64,000 bases of DNA from an uncultured archaeon (GTDB lineage Archaea > Thermoproteota > Bathyarchaeia > Bathyarchaeales > Bathycorpusculaceae): NCBI GenBank assembly GCA_963810275.1, contig CAWENF010000014.1, positions 96,001 to 160,000 of the forward strand, given 5' to 3'. A program made the position numbers and the translations under genes. A model generated the notes under the pieces. It was not told where the DNA came from, did no database searches, and saw only the letters and a list, made by a program, of their open reading frames with translations. Shown here piece by piece: positions 40,461-50,304 of the stretch. Numbering within the stretch: the stretch's first letter is position 1; each line of letters starts with the position of its first letter.

Positions 40461-41684
40461 AGCCTTGCCGGCTAAACCACGATAAAGCAGAACCGCCACC
40501 TCTTGGTCAACCTCGACGTACTGCTCGTTTTCGCCAAGCTGCACAAACCCATCAGCCTCAGCCAACCCAGAAACAGCGCCAGCCGACGATATGGGCTGAG
40601 CGATTAAGCGGCACTGCTCATCAAACTCTAAAGTTACAAGCTGGAAACTGCGGCTGCCCTTGGCGCCAAACATTTTAGCACCTGCAGACGCATGCACCGC
40701 CTTCAAACCCGCAGGCGGCCTACCAGCCAAACGCTGTACCACTGTTCGTGCAAACAACTGATACATCAGCAGGCATGCTGAAGGGTTACTGGGTAAACAG
40801 AACACAGGCTTACCAGCCACAAATGCTGCAGCGAAAGTTTTGCCCGGTTTCACTGCGATTCCGTTTACGACAACAGCGTCCTTGCTTAGGGTTTCAGCTG
40901 CTTCGGCTACGAAGGATTCTGAACCGCATGCGATAACCACGTCGCAGGAAGCCAAAGCCGCCTTCAAAACATCAACCAACCTTTTCCCACCAGCGACCGC
41001 ACCCATATACACGGGTTTAGCACCACATTCCATAACCGCTGTACATATGCAGTAAGCATTCAAATCATACATTTTGCCCAAAGCCAAAGGCTTACCAAGC
41101 TCGTTAACATCGGAACCCACCGAAAACACAGCAACCATAGGGATTTTCTGCACCTTCACCTGTGTATAGCCTAAAGCGGATAGGACACCGATTTCCGAGG
41201 AACCCAAAACCTGCCCCTTCTGGAGGACAACTGTGCCTTTTTTGATGTCGGAGCCCTTGCCCAGCAGGTTTTCGCAAGCATTTGCCACGGAATAGATTTG
41301 CAGTTCATTGTCCACGCGATTGGTATCTTCGACGGCAACAACTACATCTACGCCCTCAGGCAAAACTGCCCCCGCCATAACCTCAACTGCTTCGCCCGCT
41401 TTGATAGGGACGGCTGGGATATCATCTGCGCCAATACAGCCCACAACCTTGAGGGCAACTGGGTTTTCCTCCGACGCATCAGCAGTGTCTGTAACTTTTA
41501 GGGCATAACCGTTGACTTTAGCGGTAGAATACGCTGGAATATCGATTAGGGATACAATGTCTAAGGCTAATACGCGGTTGGCAGCTTCCAGCAGCACAGC
41601 CTCTTCCTCACCCAAAAAAGCAACTTTAAAGTGGGATTCTACCGCACGTTTGGCCTCCTCGTAAGTCAACAGTTTCCGAATCAT
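40458..41684 (-). CDS. moeA: Molybdopterin molybdotransferase MoeA-like protein (divergent)
   Basis: NRVLA.DIVS..DIP, GYAL, GSDI.KG, VKPGK, LPSNP, EADG. Confidence 0.85.
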   Translation of the reverse strand: MIRKLLTYEEAKRAVESHFKVAFLGEEEAVLLEAANRVLALDIVSLIDIPAYSTAKVNGYALKVTDTADASEENPVALKVVGCIGADDIPAVPIKAGEAVEVMAGAVLPEGVDVVVAVEDTNRVDNELQIYSVANACENLLGKGSDIKKGTVVLQKGQVLGSSEIGVLSALGYTQVKVQKIPMVAVFSVGSDVNELGKPLALGKMYDLNAYCICTAVMECGAKPVYMGAVAGGKRLVDVLKAALASCDVVIACGSESFVAEAAETLSKDAVVVNGIAVKPGKTFAAAFVAGKPVFCLPSNPSACLLMYQLFARTVVQRLAGRPPAGLKAVHASAGAKMFGAKGSRSFQLVTLEFDEQCRLIAQPISSAGAVSGLAEADGFVQLGENEQYVEVDQEVAVLLYRGLAGKA

Positions 41685-41749
41685 GCTTTTTGCACTTCAC
41701 TAAGGGAGTCATCAGGTTAACGTAAAAACATATCGAAGCCACTTGGAGA

Positions 41750-42277
41750 TTAGTTGACTACTTCGATGTTAAGCACACAAAAGTTCCCAGTGAACACGTA
41801 GCCGCCCCACTCGTTCTGCATCCACAACTCAAAAACCACCGAATGCGCCCCAACCGTGTTCTCCGACACCAACATTTGAGTCTGCATTGTTTGCCCGTCT
41901 GGCACAGCCAAATCCACAGTGCTGATTGGATCAACAGGGACACCGTTAGGGATACTTACGGGCAGGTACTCTGCGATTTTAACCTGTACCTGATAGTTTT
42001 TGTCCATGTTTTGGTGGTTGCTAACCTGCACGTAGACACTAAAACTGCTGTTTTGGTTTGCGACTAAAACCGTGGGGTAATTGATGGCTTGCTGCTCTGT
42101 ATCCAGCAGGCTTATGCTACTATACGGTTCAGGTTTAGGCCCAAACCAAACGTAGTAAACAGCCACCGTTGCGGCGACAACGATTAAGGCGATGAAAACT
42201 GCCGCTAAAACGCCGCGGTCATCGCTTAAACCGATTCGCCTTCCAATGCGCATAGCAAACCCTGAATGTCTTTGCAT
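41750..42277 (-). CDS. DUF1616-like membrane-anchored protein
   Basis: TM helix, then PEPYSSISLL...NYP...V.NH...FELW. Confidence 0.65.
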   Translation of the reverse strand: MQRHSGFAMRIGRRIGLSDDRGVLAAVFIALIVVAATVAVYYVWFGPKPEPYSSISLLDTEQQAINYPTVLVANQNSSFSVYVQVSNHQNMDKNYQVQVKIAEYLPVSIPNGVPVDPISTVDLAVPDGQTMQTQMLVSENTVGAHSVVFELWMQNEWGGYVFTGNFCVLNIEVVN

Positions 42278-42956
42278 CCAAAAACCCCTTAAAGATAGTG
42301 CTAAAAATCCTAATTCCCGACTGCAGAGGCCTCAGCTTAGTTTCACCATAAGTTCTGGGCTTATAGGTTGTGGGAATCTCCGCCATGTTATAGCCTTCCC
42401 TTGCGAACTGAATCAACATCTCTGTGGCAAACGGCATGTCAGTTTCCTTGAAGTTCACGCTGTCATACTTGTCACGGTCGATAGCGCGGAAACCCGACTG
42501 GGTGTCGCTTAGGAATTGGCTGTAGAAGAAGTCATATGTGAAGGTGATGGCTTTGTTGCCAAGGAAATTGAAGAAACCCATAGCTTTTTTGGGGTCATAC
42601 ATTCGGGTAGCTAAAACCAAGTCAGCGTCTTTCTCAACTAAGCGGCTGACTAAGCGGTCAATGTGCTTAAATTCGTAGGTTCCGTCTGCATCAACCATGA
42701 TTAGAATGTTGCCTTTAGCGTTTTTCAAGCCAGTCCGAAGCGCCAAGCCGTAGCCACGTCTGGGTTCAATGATGAGACGGCATTTGCCCGTCTGCTTAAC
42801 TAAGTCAATTGTACCGTCGGTAGAGTTGCCGTCAACTATTATAATTTCTTTGGGGTAAGTAGTGTACTTGTCGATTGTGTTGATGGCGTCAAGTATTGTT
42901 CCTGCTTCGTTAAGTGTTGGGAGGACCACCGAGACTAGTTCAACTTTGGAAGTCAT
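42219..42956 (-). CDS. GT2 glycosyltransferase (Dol-P-mannose synthase-like)
   Basis: VVLPTLNEA, VDGNSTDGT, GYG.A, DAD, DTQSGFRA. Confidence 0.92.
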   Translation of the reverse strand: MTSKVELVSVVLPTLNEAGTILDAINTIDKYTTYPKEIIIVDGNSTDGTIDLVKQTGKCRLIIEPRRGYGLALRTGLKNAKGNILIMVDADGTYEFKHIDRLVSRLVEKDADLVLATRMYDPKKAMGFFNFLGNKAITFTYDFFYSQFLSDTQSGFRAIDRDKYDSVNFKETDMPFATEMLIQFAREGYNMAEIPTTYKPRTYGETKLRPLQSGIRIFSTIFKGFLDAKTFRVCYAHWKANRFKR

Positions 42957-43001
42957 CAGGTAACATCCGTTCTGTGAGGTTATATTGTTTCCGTCTTGAT
43001 G

Positions 43002-44168
43002 TTAAATAAGCTCTTCGTATAATTCCGTTAGCCTTAAAACGTTTGCGTCCCAGCTGAACCGTTCCTCGACTAACGAGTGGATTTCAGAGCGCTGTAAAGT
43101 GAAGTCTCTGGCTGCAAGTTCCAGTATTGCGTCGGCTAACATCTCAGGGTTGCTGGGAGGAACCATTTTGCCGTACTCTTTGGGCAGGATTTCTTTTATG
43201 CCGCCCACGTCTGTTGCCACAACAGGCAACCCACACGCCATCGCCTCATTAGCAACCAGCGGCAGCCCCTCCCCAGATTTGGAGGGCAACACAAACAAAT
43301 CCGCTAAATTGTAGTACGAAGGCAAATCAAAGTCACTTACAAAGCCCGTAAGGCGGAAGTTGCTGGATAATCCAAGTTGCGCCACCTGGGCTCGGACGCT
43401 TTCCAAGTCGGGGCCCTTCCCAACGGCAACAAATACAATTTTGGGTTTTTTTGCTACGACAAGTTTGGCGCAGTCGAGCAGAGTGTCGACTCCGTTCTTG
43501 TAAACTAGTCTGCGGACAGTTAAAGCTACCACAGCATCAATAGGGATGCCGAGTTTGCGCCGCATTTCATCACGCCTACCCTTGATGATGTTGAAGCGTT
43601 TTGTGTCGACGCCGTTGTAGATCACTGTTATTTTCTTTGGCTTAGCGCCCAATCGTAGCACATAGTTTTTGGTTGCACCACTGATGGCTACTATTTTGTC
43701 TGCTGCGCTGAGGTTTTGTTTCCCTACAGAGAGGTCATTAATTAATTCAATTTGGTCGAAGATATTGTTGTATTCTATGAACGTGTTGTGTTGTGTTAAG
43801 ATGAAGGGTTTACCATAAAACTTTGCTAGTTTCCCAGCAAGAAGCGAAGTGAGATAAGGGTGTCCGTGGGCGTGCACTATGTTTGTGGCTTTGACGTTTT
43901 TTGTAAAGACGAGAAAGCTGGGGATTGTTGGTATCGAGTAGGGAATTCCGAGGCGGAAGCCGGTGTTTATTGATTCGTAGCATTCAACAGGAACGCCATC
44001 CACTACATACCTCGTGGGCGTGTCGATGCGGTTAGTAACCACTTTGGGCAAATAGTTCAGGTGCAGCAGCCGTTTGCTCTGCTCGTTTGTGACTATTTCT
44101 ATACCGCCAACATGAGGCAGAAAAGTATGTGTAATTATGCAAACGCAATTTTTAGCCATAGATGCCAA
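43002..44168 (-). CDS. GT4 glycosyltransferase
   Basis: PHVGG.E, IYNGVD, EGLPLVANEAMACG. Confidence 0.92.
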   Translation of the reverse strand: MASMAKNCVCIITHTFLPHVGGIEIVTNEQSKRLLHLNYLPKVVTNRIDTPTRYVVDGVPVECYESINTGFRLGIPYSIPTIPSFLVFTKNVKATNIVHAHGHPYLTSLLAGKLAKFYGKPFILTQHNTFIEYNNIFDQIELINDLSVGKQNLSAADKIVAISGATKNYVLRLGAKPKKITVIYNGVDTKRFNIIKGRRDEMRRKLGIPIDAVVALTVRRLVYKNGVDTLLDCAKLVVAKKPKIVFVAVGKGPDLESVRAQVAQLGLSSNFRLTGFVSDFDLPSYYNLADLFVLPSKSGEGLPLVANEAMACGLPVVATDVGGIKEILPKEYGKMVPPSNPEMLADAILELAARDFTLQRSEIHSLVEERFSWDANVLRLTELYEELI

Positions 44169-44216
44169 CAGCTAACCCAGAACGGAGCGCTGTATTAAAA
44201 TTTACGGAAAAAGTGA

Positions 44217-44702
44217 CTAAGCTTTTACGCCGCCAGCCGCCTTAAGCGCCTTCGTATACACGTTGCTTGATGCACCCGCAACCAAAGCGCCAATAGCATC
44301 GTTGGTTAACGGGGGCAACTCGCTCAGGATGCCGGGTTTGGCTTGGTCAAATCTGACAAACTCAAACATACCCCTTGAACCCCCGATGTAAGTAGCAATA
44401 GCGATGCCGATAAGTTCATCCGCAACCAACCCAGGCTTGCCCATGAAGCGCTCCACGGACAAACCTGGAATCCTGCCATTCTGAGCTTCTTCCTGCGCAT
44501 GAAACGCGGCAACGATGAGTGTGGAAACGTTGACATCTTCGAGTATGTCGAGAAACTCTTCAGTTAGAAGTGCCGTGGCTTTTTCAAATGTCTCTATGCC
44601 TGGGTGAGGCACATACATTTCAAGAGCACTGTCGATTAGGCTTTTAAGTGAGATTCCCTTGCCTTCGAGGTATGTTAAGAGCGGCGGGTTGGGTTTGGTC
44701 AT
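44217..44702 (-). CDS. cobZ: Alpha-ribazole phosphatase CobZ (PgpA-like domain)
   Basis: DVNVSTL, LVADELIG, FEFVRFDQAKPGIL, DAIGALVAG; adjacent to the cob operon. Confidence 0.8.
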   Translation of the reverse strand: MTKPNPPLLTYLEGKGISLKSLIDSALEMYVPHPGIETFEKATALLTEEFLDILEDVNVSTLIVAAFHAQEEAQNGRIPGLSVERFMGKPGLVADELIGIAIATYIGGSRGMFEFVRFDQAKPGILSELPPLTNDAIGALVAGASSNVYTKALKAAGGVKA

Positions 44703-44947
44703 GGTTTTTCGCCGCTTTTTTAGTGGGTGATGTTTGTTTTAAGTGTTGTGAGACGGTATTGCGTAAGCCTTATATGAAAAGGGTGGATAAACCAACCAAC
44801 ACGGTTGCAGGAAATAGCTAAACATAAAGCAAACCAAGCTGAATCCAGCCAAAAAATCAGGTTTCAGCGATCACATTTAATGTTTGACAAGTAAAACCTA
44901 TATTTTCCTGTTTAACCGTTCCTAGTAAATCAGGAGTAAAACCAGCT

Positions 44948-45616
44948 ATGAAAGTTGTTGCTTCATGGAGCGGCGGCAAAGATAGCGCCTACGCATACGT
45001 CCTTGCCAAACAGCAAGGCCACCAAGTCCTATCACTCTTAACAATGATGATGAGCGAGGAGAAATCCAATTTCCACATGATACCCACAGGCATACTTGAC
45101 GCTCAAGCTAACGCCATCAGGTTGCCTCTGCTTAAGAAAACAACCTCAGCCGAAACCTATGAAGCCGACTTCAAAGGCGTCCTAACCGATTTCAAAAATC
45201 AAGGTGCAGAGGGCCTGGTGACAGGCGACATCTACGAGGTTGCTGGACATGAAGAAGGATGGTTAGCGCGCATCCTGAAAGAAGTTGGTTTAGTAGCCGT
45301 TAAGCCGCTTTGGATGGGGGACACAAAGCAGATTTACCTTGACTACCTCAAGTCGGGTTTGAAAGCCACCGTTGTCCGCACCAACCGCGAACTAAGCTTA
45401 GATTGGCTGGGACGAGTTTTGGACCACCAATTCTACGATGACATCCTAAAACTGTCAGGCGTGGATCCCTGCGGTGAAGGCGGCGAATACCACACCGTCA
45501 TAACCGACGGCCCAGACTTTATTCAAAAGGTCGAGATTCTGGAAGGGGAAAAGAAACGCTTAGATAACGGGTTTGGCTACATGGAAATAAAGAAGTGGAA
45601 AGTAACCTCCAAGTAA
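44948..45616 (+). CDS. DUF71/Dph6-family PP-loop ATP pyrophosphatase
   Basis: SWSGGKDS, TGDI, PLW, DPCGEGGEYHT. Confidence 0.88.
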   Translation: MKVVASWSGGKDSAYAYVLAKQQGHQVLSLLTMMMSEEKSNFHMIPTGILDAQANAIRLPLLKKTTSAETYEADFKGVLTDFKNQGAEGLVTGDIYEVAGHEEGWLARILKEVGLVAVKPLWMGDTKQIYLDYLKSGLKATVVRTNRELSLDWLGRVLDHQFYDDILKLSGVDPCGEGGEYHTVITDGPDFIQKVEILEGEKKRLDNGFGYMEIKKWKVTSK

Positions 45617-45624
45617 GGTTGACC

Positions 45625-46716
45625 ATGATGGATGTTCTTGTTGCGAATAATGAGTTGAAAGCAAAAGCTTTCCTTGAAGAAATCGAAGCCAAAAACCCCC
45701 TGTTTATAGCGACCATTGCCACGACTGAGACGGGTAAGATACCCGGGTTGTCGGCGGCTGGCGCAAATCCTGACTTCACCGATTTTACGCCTCCTGCGGA
45801 TGCGGAGCTGCTGCTTCTCGGCAAATGCCGCTCAATTCAGGGCGTCCCAATCACTCCAGATGGCATACCAACACCAGCACTCATAACAACTTCTGCGTTG
45901 CACATAGCAGACATTCCAGTGCTTGTCGTTAACGGAGGCGTAAAAGTCAAGCCCCAAATCCCCTACATTGACGTAAACGGCAACCCTGGACGCGACATCC
46001 GAACAGGCAACAGCGTTGACAACGTCGAAGAAGTCATCGAACGCTCATCAGTCGTAGGCGAGCAACTTGCCAAATCGGCAGGTTACCTTGTTATCGGCGA
46101 ATCCATCCCAGGAGGCACCACCACTGCGTTGGGCGTCTTGACAGCTATGGGCATTAACGCTCATGGGAAAGTCAGCAGCACCCTGCCAGAGAACCCCCAC
46201 AATCTAAAAACCCAAGTTGTCGAAAGCGGACTAAAAGCAGCTGGAGAGAAGTTCGGCAACTTCAGAGGCGATCCAATAAAGTCGGTTTCTGCAATTGGTG
46301 ACCCCATGATGGCGGCTGTTGCAGGCTTAGTGATTGGTGGCAGCAGGCAGGGTCCAGTATTGATGGCTGGCGGAACCCAAATGACCGCCGTCTTAGCAGT
46401 GATAAACGTTCTCAAGCCCGAAGCTCTGTGTAACATTGCAGTCGGAACCACCAGATGGGTAACAAAAGACAAGTCCAGCGACATTGTAGGCATAATTAAA
46501 CAGTTCTGCGATGTACCAGTCCTTGCAGCAGACCTCGATTTCGGTCCTTCCCAGTATCCGGGACTGCAAATCTACGAAACAGGTCTAGTCAAAGAAGGCG
46601 TAGGCGCAGGTGGCTCATCAATTGCCGCCATGGCGAAAACTGGCGGCGCAGTTACTAAGCAAATTCTTCTTAAGGAGATAGAGCGTAACTATGCCTCACT
46701 GAAGCAATCAAAGTGA
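45625..46716 (+). CDS. cobT: Archaeal nicotinate-nucleotide:DMB phosphoribosyltransferase
   Basis: TPPADAE, PTPALIT, GESIPGGTTTA, LMAGGTQM, VKEGVGAGG. Confidence 0.92.
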   Translation: MMDVLVANNELKAKAFLEEIEAKNPLFIATIATTETGKIPGLSAAGANPDFTDFTPPADAELLLLGKCRSIQGVPITPDGIPTPALITTSALHIADIPVLVVNGGVKVKPQIPYIDVNGNPGRDIRTGNSVDNVEEVIERSSVVGEQLAKSAGYLVIGESIPGGTTTALGVLTAMGINAHGKVSSTLPENPHNLKTQVVESGLKAAGEKFGNFRGDPIKSVSAIGDPMMAAVAGLVIGGSRQGPVLMAGGTQMTAVLAVINVLKPEALCNIAVGTTRWVTKDKSSDIVGIIKQFCDVPVLAADLDFGPSQYPGLQIYETGLVKEGVGAGGSSIAAMAKTGGAVTKQILLKEIERNYASLKQSK

Positions 46717-46723
46717 GACACGC

Positions 46724-47512
46724 TTGGTAGTTAGGCAACTCAAAAACCTCCTCTCTTTTCTAACCGTTTTCCCAGTTCAAATGGACATGAATATGTTCAC
46801 GGATTGCGCCAGAAACATGTGGGCTTTCCCGCTCATCGGTGGGTTTATGGGCTTAATTGTGGGCGTAATCAGCTTATTCGCGTTAGCTGTTTTGCCCAGC
46901 ATTGTCGTTGGAGCAATTGCATTTGGGCTGATTTTGTGGTTAACGGGCTTGCACCACACCGACGGCTTGCTGGATTTCGGCGACGCAGTCATGGTTCACG
47001 GAACATTCCAGCGCAGAATCGAAGTTATGCATGACCAACTTACAGGTTCAGGAGCAATCGGATTAGCCATAGTGACGTATTTGGTTACGGCAGCTGCGTT
47101 TACCAGTTTAGCATTGGGATCAGCCCAATTCTTTGGAATCATTTTGATACCAGCAATTGTGTTCGGCTTAATCCTGATTGAGCTCTGTGGCAAGCTGTCG
47201 ATGGTTGTTATGGCTTTTAGAGGCAAAGCAGTACATGAAGGAATGAACACCTCTTTCCTTATGCATATGCATGGGAGAGGCGGCGACCTGCGGTTGGCGG
47301 CTGCTTTGGGAATCTCGCTGGCGTTAGCGTTTGTGCTTTTCCAGTTCGATGGTCTCTTAGTAGTTTTGGTAGCTGTCGTCACATCCCTAGTCATGGTTGA
47401 GGTGGCACATAGAAAATTCGGCGGCGTCACAGGGGACGTCTTTGGAGCAACAAACGAAATCACACGTATGATATGCGCAGTGACATTAGTAGCGGTGATT
47501 ACATGGGTATAG
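46724..47512 (+). CDS. cobS: Cobamide synthase
   Basis: FLT.FP, GLHHTDGLLDFGD, GGVTGDVFGA. Confidence 0.95.
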   Translation: MVVRQLKNLLSFLTVFPVQMDMNMFTDCARNMWAFPLIGGFMGLIVGVISLFALAVLPSIVVGAIAFGLILWLTGLHHTDGLLDFGDAVMVHGTFQRRIEVMHDQLTGSGAIGLAIVTYLVTAAAFTSLALGSAQFFGIILIPAIVFGLILIELCGKLSMVVMAFRGKAVHEGMNTSFLMHMHGRGGDLRLAAALGISLALAFVLFQFDGLLVVLVAVVTSLVMVEVAHRKFGGVTGDVFGATNEITRMICAVTLVAVITWV

Positions 47513-48123
47513 CGGCGTTAGTTATGGCTGGCGGGAAGGGCACCCGCATGAAACTAAACATGGAAAAGCCTCTGATTGAAGTCGGCGGCAAACCAGTTAT
47601 AGAGTACGTTTTGACAGCGCTAAAAAGAGCTCGAAAAATTGACCGGGTCATAGTCGCTACTTCGCCTGCGACGCCAAAAACCACGGCTTTAATGACGCAG
47701 CTTGGAGTCGAAGTAATAAGAACCCCAGGTAAAGATTACGTGTCGGACATGGGCTATACTGTGCAAACGCTTAAGTTAGGTGTGTTTTTAGCTATCGCAG
47801 CCGATTTGCCCCTGATTAAACCCGAAATGATAGACGCAATCGTTACCCGCTACGAGGAGTGCGGGAAGCCAGCGTTGACGGTCGCGGTTCCGCTTTCGGT
47901 TAAAGATCGGCTGGGCATGTGCATCGACTACTCATTTAAGGAAGGCGAACAAGACTTGGTTCCGGTTGGCATAAACGTGATTGACGGCAGCAAACGTTAT
48001 GGCGACGAATGGCTGGACCAAGACATTTTTGTACTTGACTGCGAAGAGTTGGCTGTTAACATTAACACCGTGGCAGAGTTGAAGTTGGCTGAAGAGACGT
48101 TGGCGGCGCTGCTAAAAAGGTAA
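47503..48123 (+). CDS. cobY: Adenosylcobinamide-phosphate guanylyltransferase
   Basis: MAGGKGTR..EKPL, TPGKDYVSD, ADLP, NINT. Confidence 0.88.
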   Translation: MGIAALVMAGGKGTRMKLNMEKPLIEVGGKPVIEYVLTALKRARKIDRVIVATSPATPKTTALMTQLGVEVIRTPGKDYVSDMGYTVQTLKLGVFLAIAADLPLIKPEMIDAIVTRYEECGKPALTVAVPLSVKDRLGMCIDYSFKEGEQDLVPVGINVIDGSKRYGDEWLDQDIFVLDCEELAVNINTVAELKLAEETLAALLKR

Positions 48124-48600
48124 GGTTGCTACGTTATTTTTTTCTAAGTTCATTTTGAAAGTTTTTTACAAGGGTATTGCAAATCTTATGGTGTCACACA
48201 ACCACAACTGAGCTGCGTTGCTTTTTGCCCACATTCACCTTCAACTGGATAGTTAGTAAGACGTTTTTGTTCCACATGATCCACGTCTCGTAGAGTACGG
48301 CAAAAGTTGTTTTTGTTGGCTTTAAGAACTTTAATCAACAGGGACACCCCGCAGTTCTGGGTATGTCTACAGTGTTTTTTCTTGGCGCTCCTCCACGAGC
48401 GTGTTTTTGGCGAAGCAAAGCCCTTCATATTCGGGGTACTTATTCCAGCTAACTATCGTATTGCTCCTAAGACAACCATGGGTTAATCAGCAGCAGAAAT
48501 GTCTATTGATTTGGAATTTTAGAGATTTAAAGTGTTATGTTAGCCTTCAAACTACCTTTTTCTAAGAAAAGGGTATTTAATGCCAAATTCCAGAAAATAC

Positions 48601-49473
48601 TCAACCCATACGTCTGCTTGCTGCAACTTGACCTAAAATTTCCTTCATCTTTAGCGCATCCACATCAAGCATCGACGTTTCGCAAATTACTGTCGGATGC
48701 ATCCCAAAATCCAAAATAACCTCAGCTAAATGGTTAAATTCTGGCCCAAACGCAGCCTCGTCAATCGGGAGGTGACGTCTCTCGCCTACAGCACCGAACT
48801 CGATTTTGGAGAAATGGCAGTGCATACCTCGAAGCACCGCATTGCCAAGCTCCCTCTCAATTTTCTCGGCTACTTTGCGCATGTCTTCTGGAGTTTTAAA
48901 GGTACCCTGATGAAGCGCATGCAGATGCCCCCAATCTAAGACAAGCTGGGTGTTTTCGATTTCACGGTTTAATGTGATGATTTCGTCTATGCTGCCCACT
49001 TGGCTTTTCCTACCCATGGTTTCGGGTCCCAACTTTACCCTCAGCCCCCGTGCCTTCATCTCGCCGCTGACTTCCTTTAGTGCATCTATACAGGTTTTCA
49101 AAGCGTAATCCTTCTCGAATTTGCCGTAGAAGCCTGTATGGAAAACCATAACGTAGGCATCCATCCAGTCAGCGGCTGTGGCGCATGCGAGAAGTCTCTG
49201 CTTGCTGGCTTCAACAATTTCGCGTTTACCTGAGAGGTTGATGAAGTAGCTGCCATGTATGCTTAACCGCACGTCGTTTTGTTTTGCTTCGTCTCCGAGG
49301 CGTCGGGCGTCAGCTTCTTTTATTTGCGGCGTCCCGCCCCAACGCACAGCAGGATACTCAAAAGCGTCTAAACCCTCTTCGTGTAGAAGCCTTGGCGTGT
49401 CAACTGTGCGGCCGCCCATCAAACGGAACATTGGCGGGGTACCTGCGGGACCAAAACGCGTACGTTCAGACAT
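48601..49473 (-). CDS. nfo: Endonuclease IV-like TIM-barrel protein
   Basis: RFGPAG, HGSYFINL, PETMG, DWGHLHA, HCHFS, ICE. Confidence 0.85.
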   Translation of the reverse strand: MSERTRFGPAGTPPMFRLMGGRTVDTPRLLHEEGLDAFEYPAVRWGGTPQIKEADARRLGDEAKQNDVRLSIHGSYFINLSGKREIVEASKQRLLACATAADWMDAYVMVFHTGFYGKFEKDYALKTCIDALKEVSGEMKARGLRVKLGPETMGRKSQVGSIDEIITLNREIENTQLVLDWGHLHALHQGTFKTPEDMRKVAEKIERELGNAVLRGMHCHFSKIEFGAVGERRHLPIDEAAFGPEFNHLAEVILDFGMHPTVICETSMLDVDALKMKEILGQVAASRRMG

Positions 49474-49521
49474 GAAGTTGCCTCTTTGGCTATTGATTGT
49501 TAATTGTGTTTTAAAAATGTG

Positions 49522-50304
49522 TTAGAATAAACTGACAATTGTGGGGATGGACACTAAGATATAGATGTAAACTGCCACAACTATAATCAAAGCAGTAATT
49601 GCCAGCAACACCACGTCACCTCTATGCAACTTAAGCGCGTAGAGGTTAGTGCGACGTTTGCATGCACCCCAAGCACGGGACTCCATCGCCTCAGCCAACT
49701 CCAAGCTCCTGCGAATAGCACTCACGATTAGAGGGATGAGAACGGGGATGTAGTTTCGGATGCGTTTTAGGATGTTGCCTTTTTCTAATTCTAAGCCTCT
49801 TGCTTTCTGTGCATCCATGATGGTCTGTGCCTCTTCTGCCAAGACGGGCACAAACCTCACTGCCGTCGTAAACGCAAACGCGAATTCAAAGGGCACCCGC
49901 GACTCCTCTAGTGCCAGGCCTAGATGGTCAGGGGAAGTGGTTAAGAAGAACACAGAGAAGGATTCGACTAACACAATGAACCGCATGGTCATAGCGGCTG
50001 CTTCCTCCACTTTGAATATGGGTATGGTGTAATTGGTGGTGAAGTAGGTAGTTATGATGTTAATGGCGAAAATGAACAGCGCTAGAAAAGCAGCGCCCCT
50101 AAGGGAACGTAGCCACTGACGCTTCACCCTTGCCAAGAACACAAACGGCAACTGCATCACAAACAGCGCCACCAAAGGGATTAGTTGGGAAAAAAGGATG
50201 GCGGCTATGAATATGGCGATGACGTAGATGAATTTCACGCGTGGGTCAAGGTTGTGGATAGGCGAGTTGACTTTGCGGAATTTTAACCCATCGAAAACAC
50301 TCAT
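49522..50304 (-). CDS. ecfT: ECF transporter T component
   Basis: LDPRVK, AVRFVP, AQKARG, AMESRA. Confidence 0.93.
   Translation of the reverse strand: MSVFDGLKFRKVNSPIHNLDPRVKFIYVIAIFIAAILFSQLIPLVALFVMQLPFVFLARVKRQWLRSLRGAAFLALFIFAINIITTYFTTNYTIPIFKVEEAAAMTMRFIVLVESFSVFFLTTSPDHLGLALEESRVPFEFAFAFTTAVRFVPVLAEEAQTIMDAQKARGLELEKGNILKRIRNYIPVLIPLIVSAIRRSLELAEAMESRAWGACKRRTNLYALKLHRGDVVLLAITALIIVVAVYIYILVSIPTIVSLF

Noticed and set aside
44702-44948. Possible cobalamin riboswitch between cobZ and the cob operon
   Set aside because: No B12-box or other conserved riboswitch elements; only a weak GCTGAA/TTCAGC stem in a divergent promoter region.
48186-48719. ORFs in the cobY-nfo gap
   Set aside because: No motifs or convincing start context; treated as intergenic.
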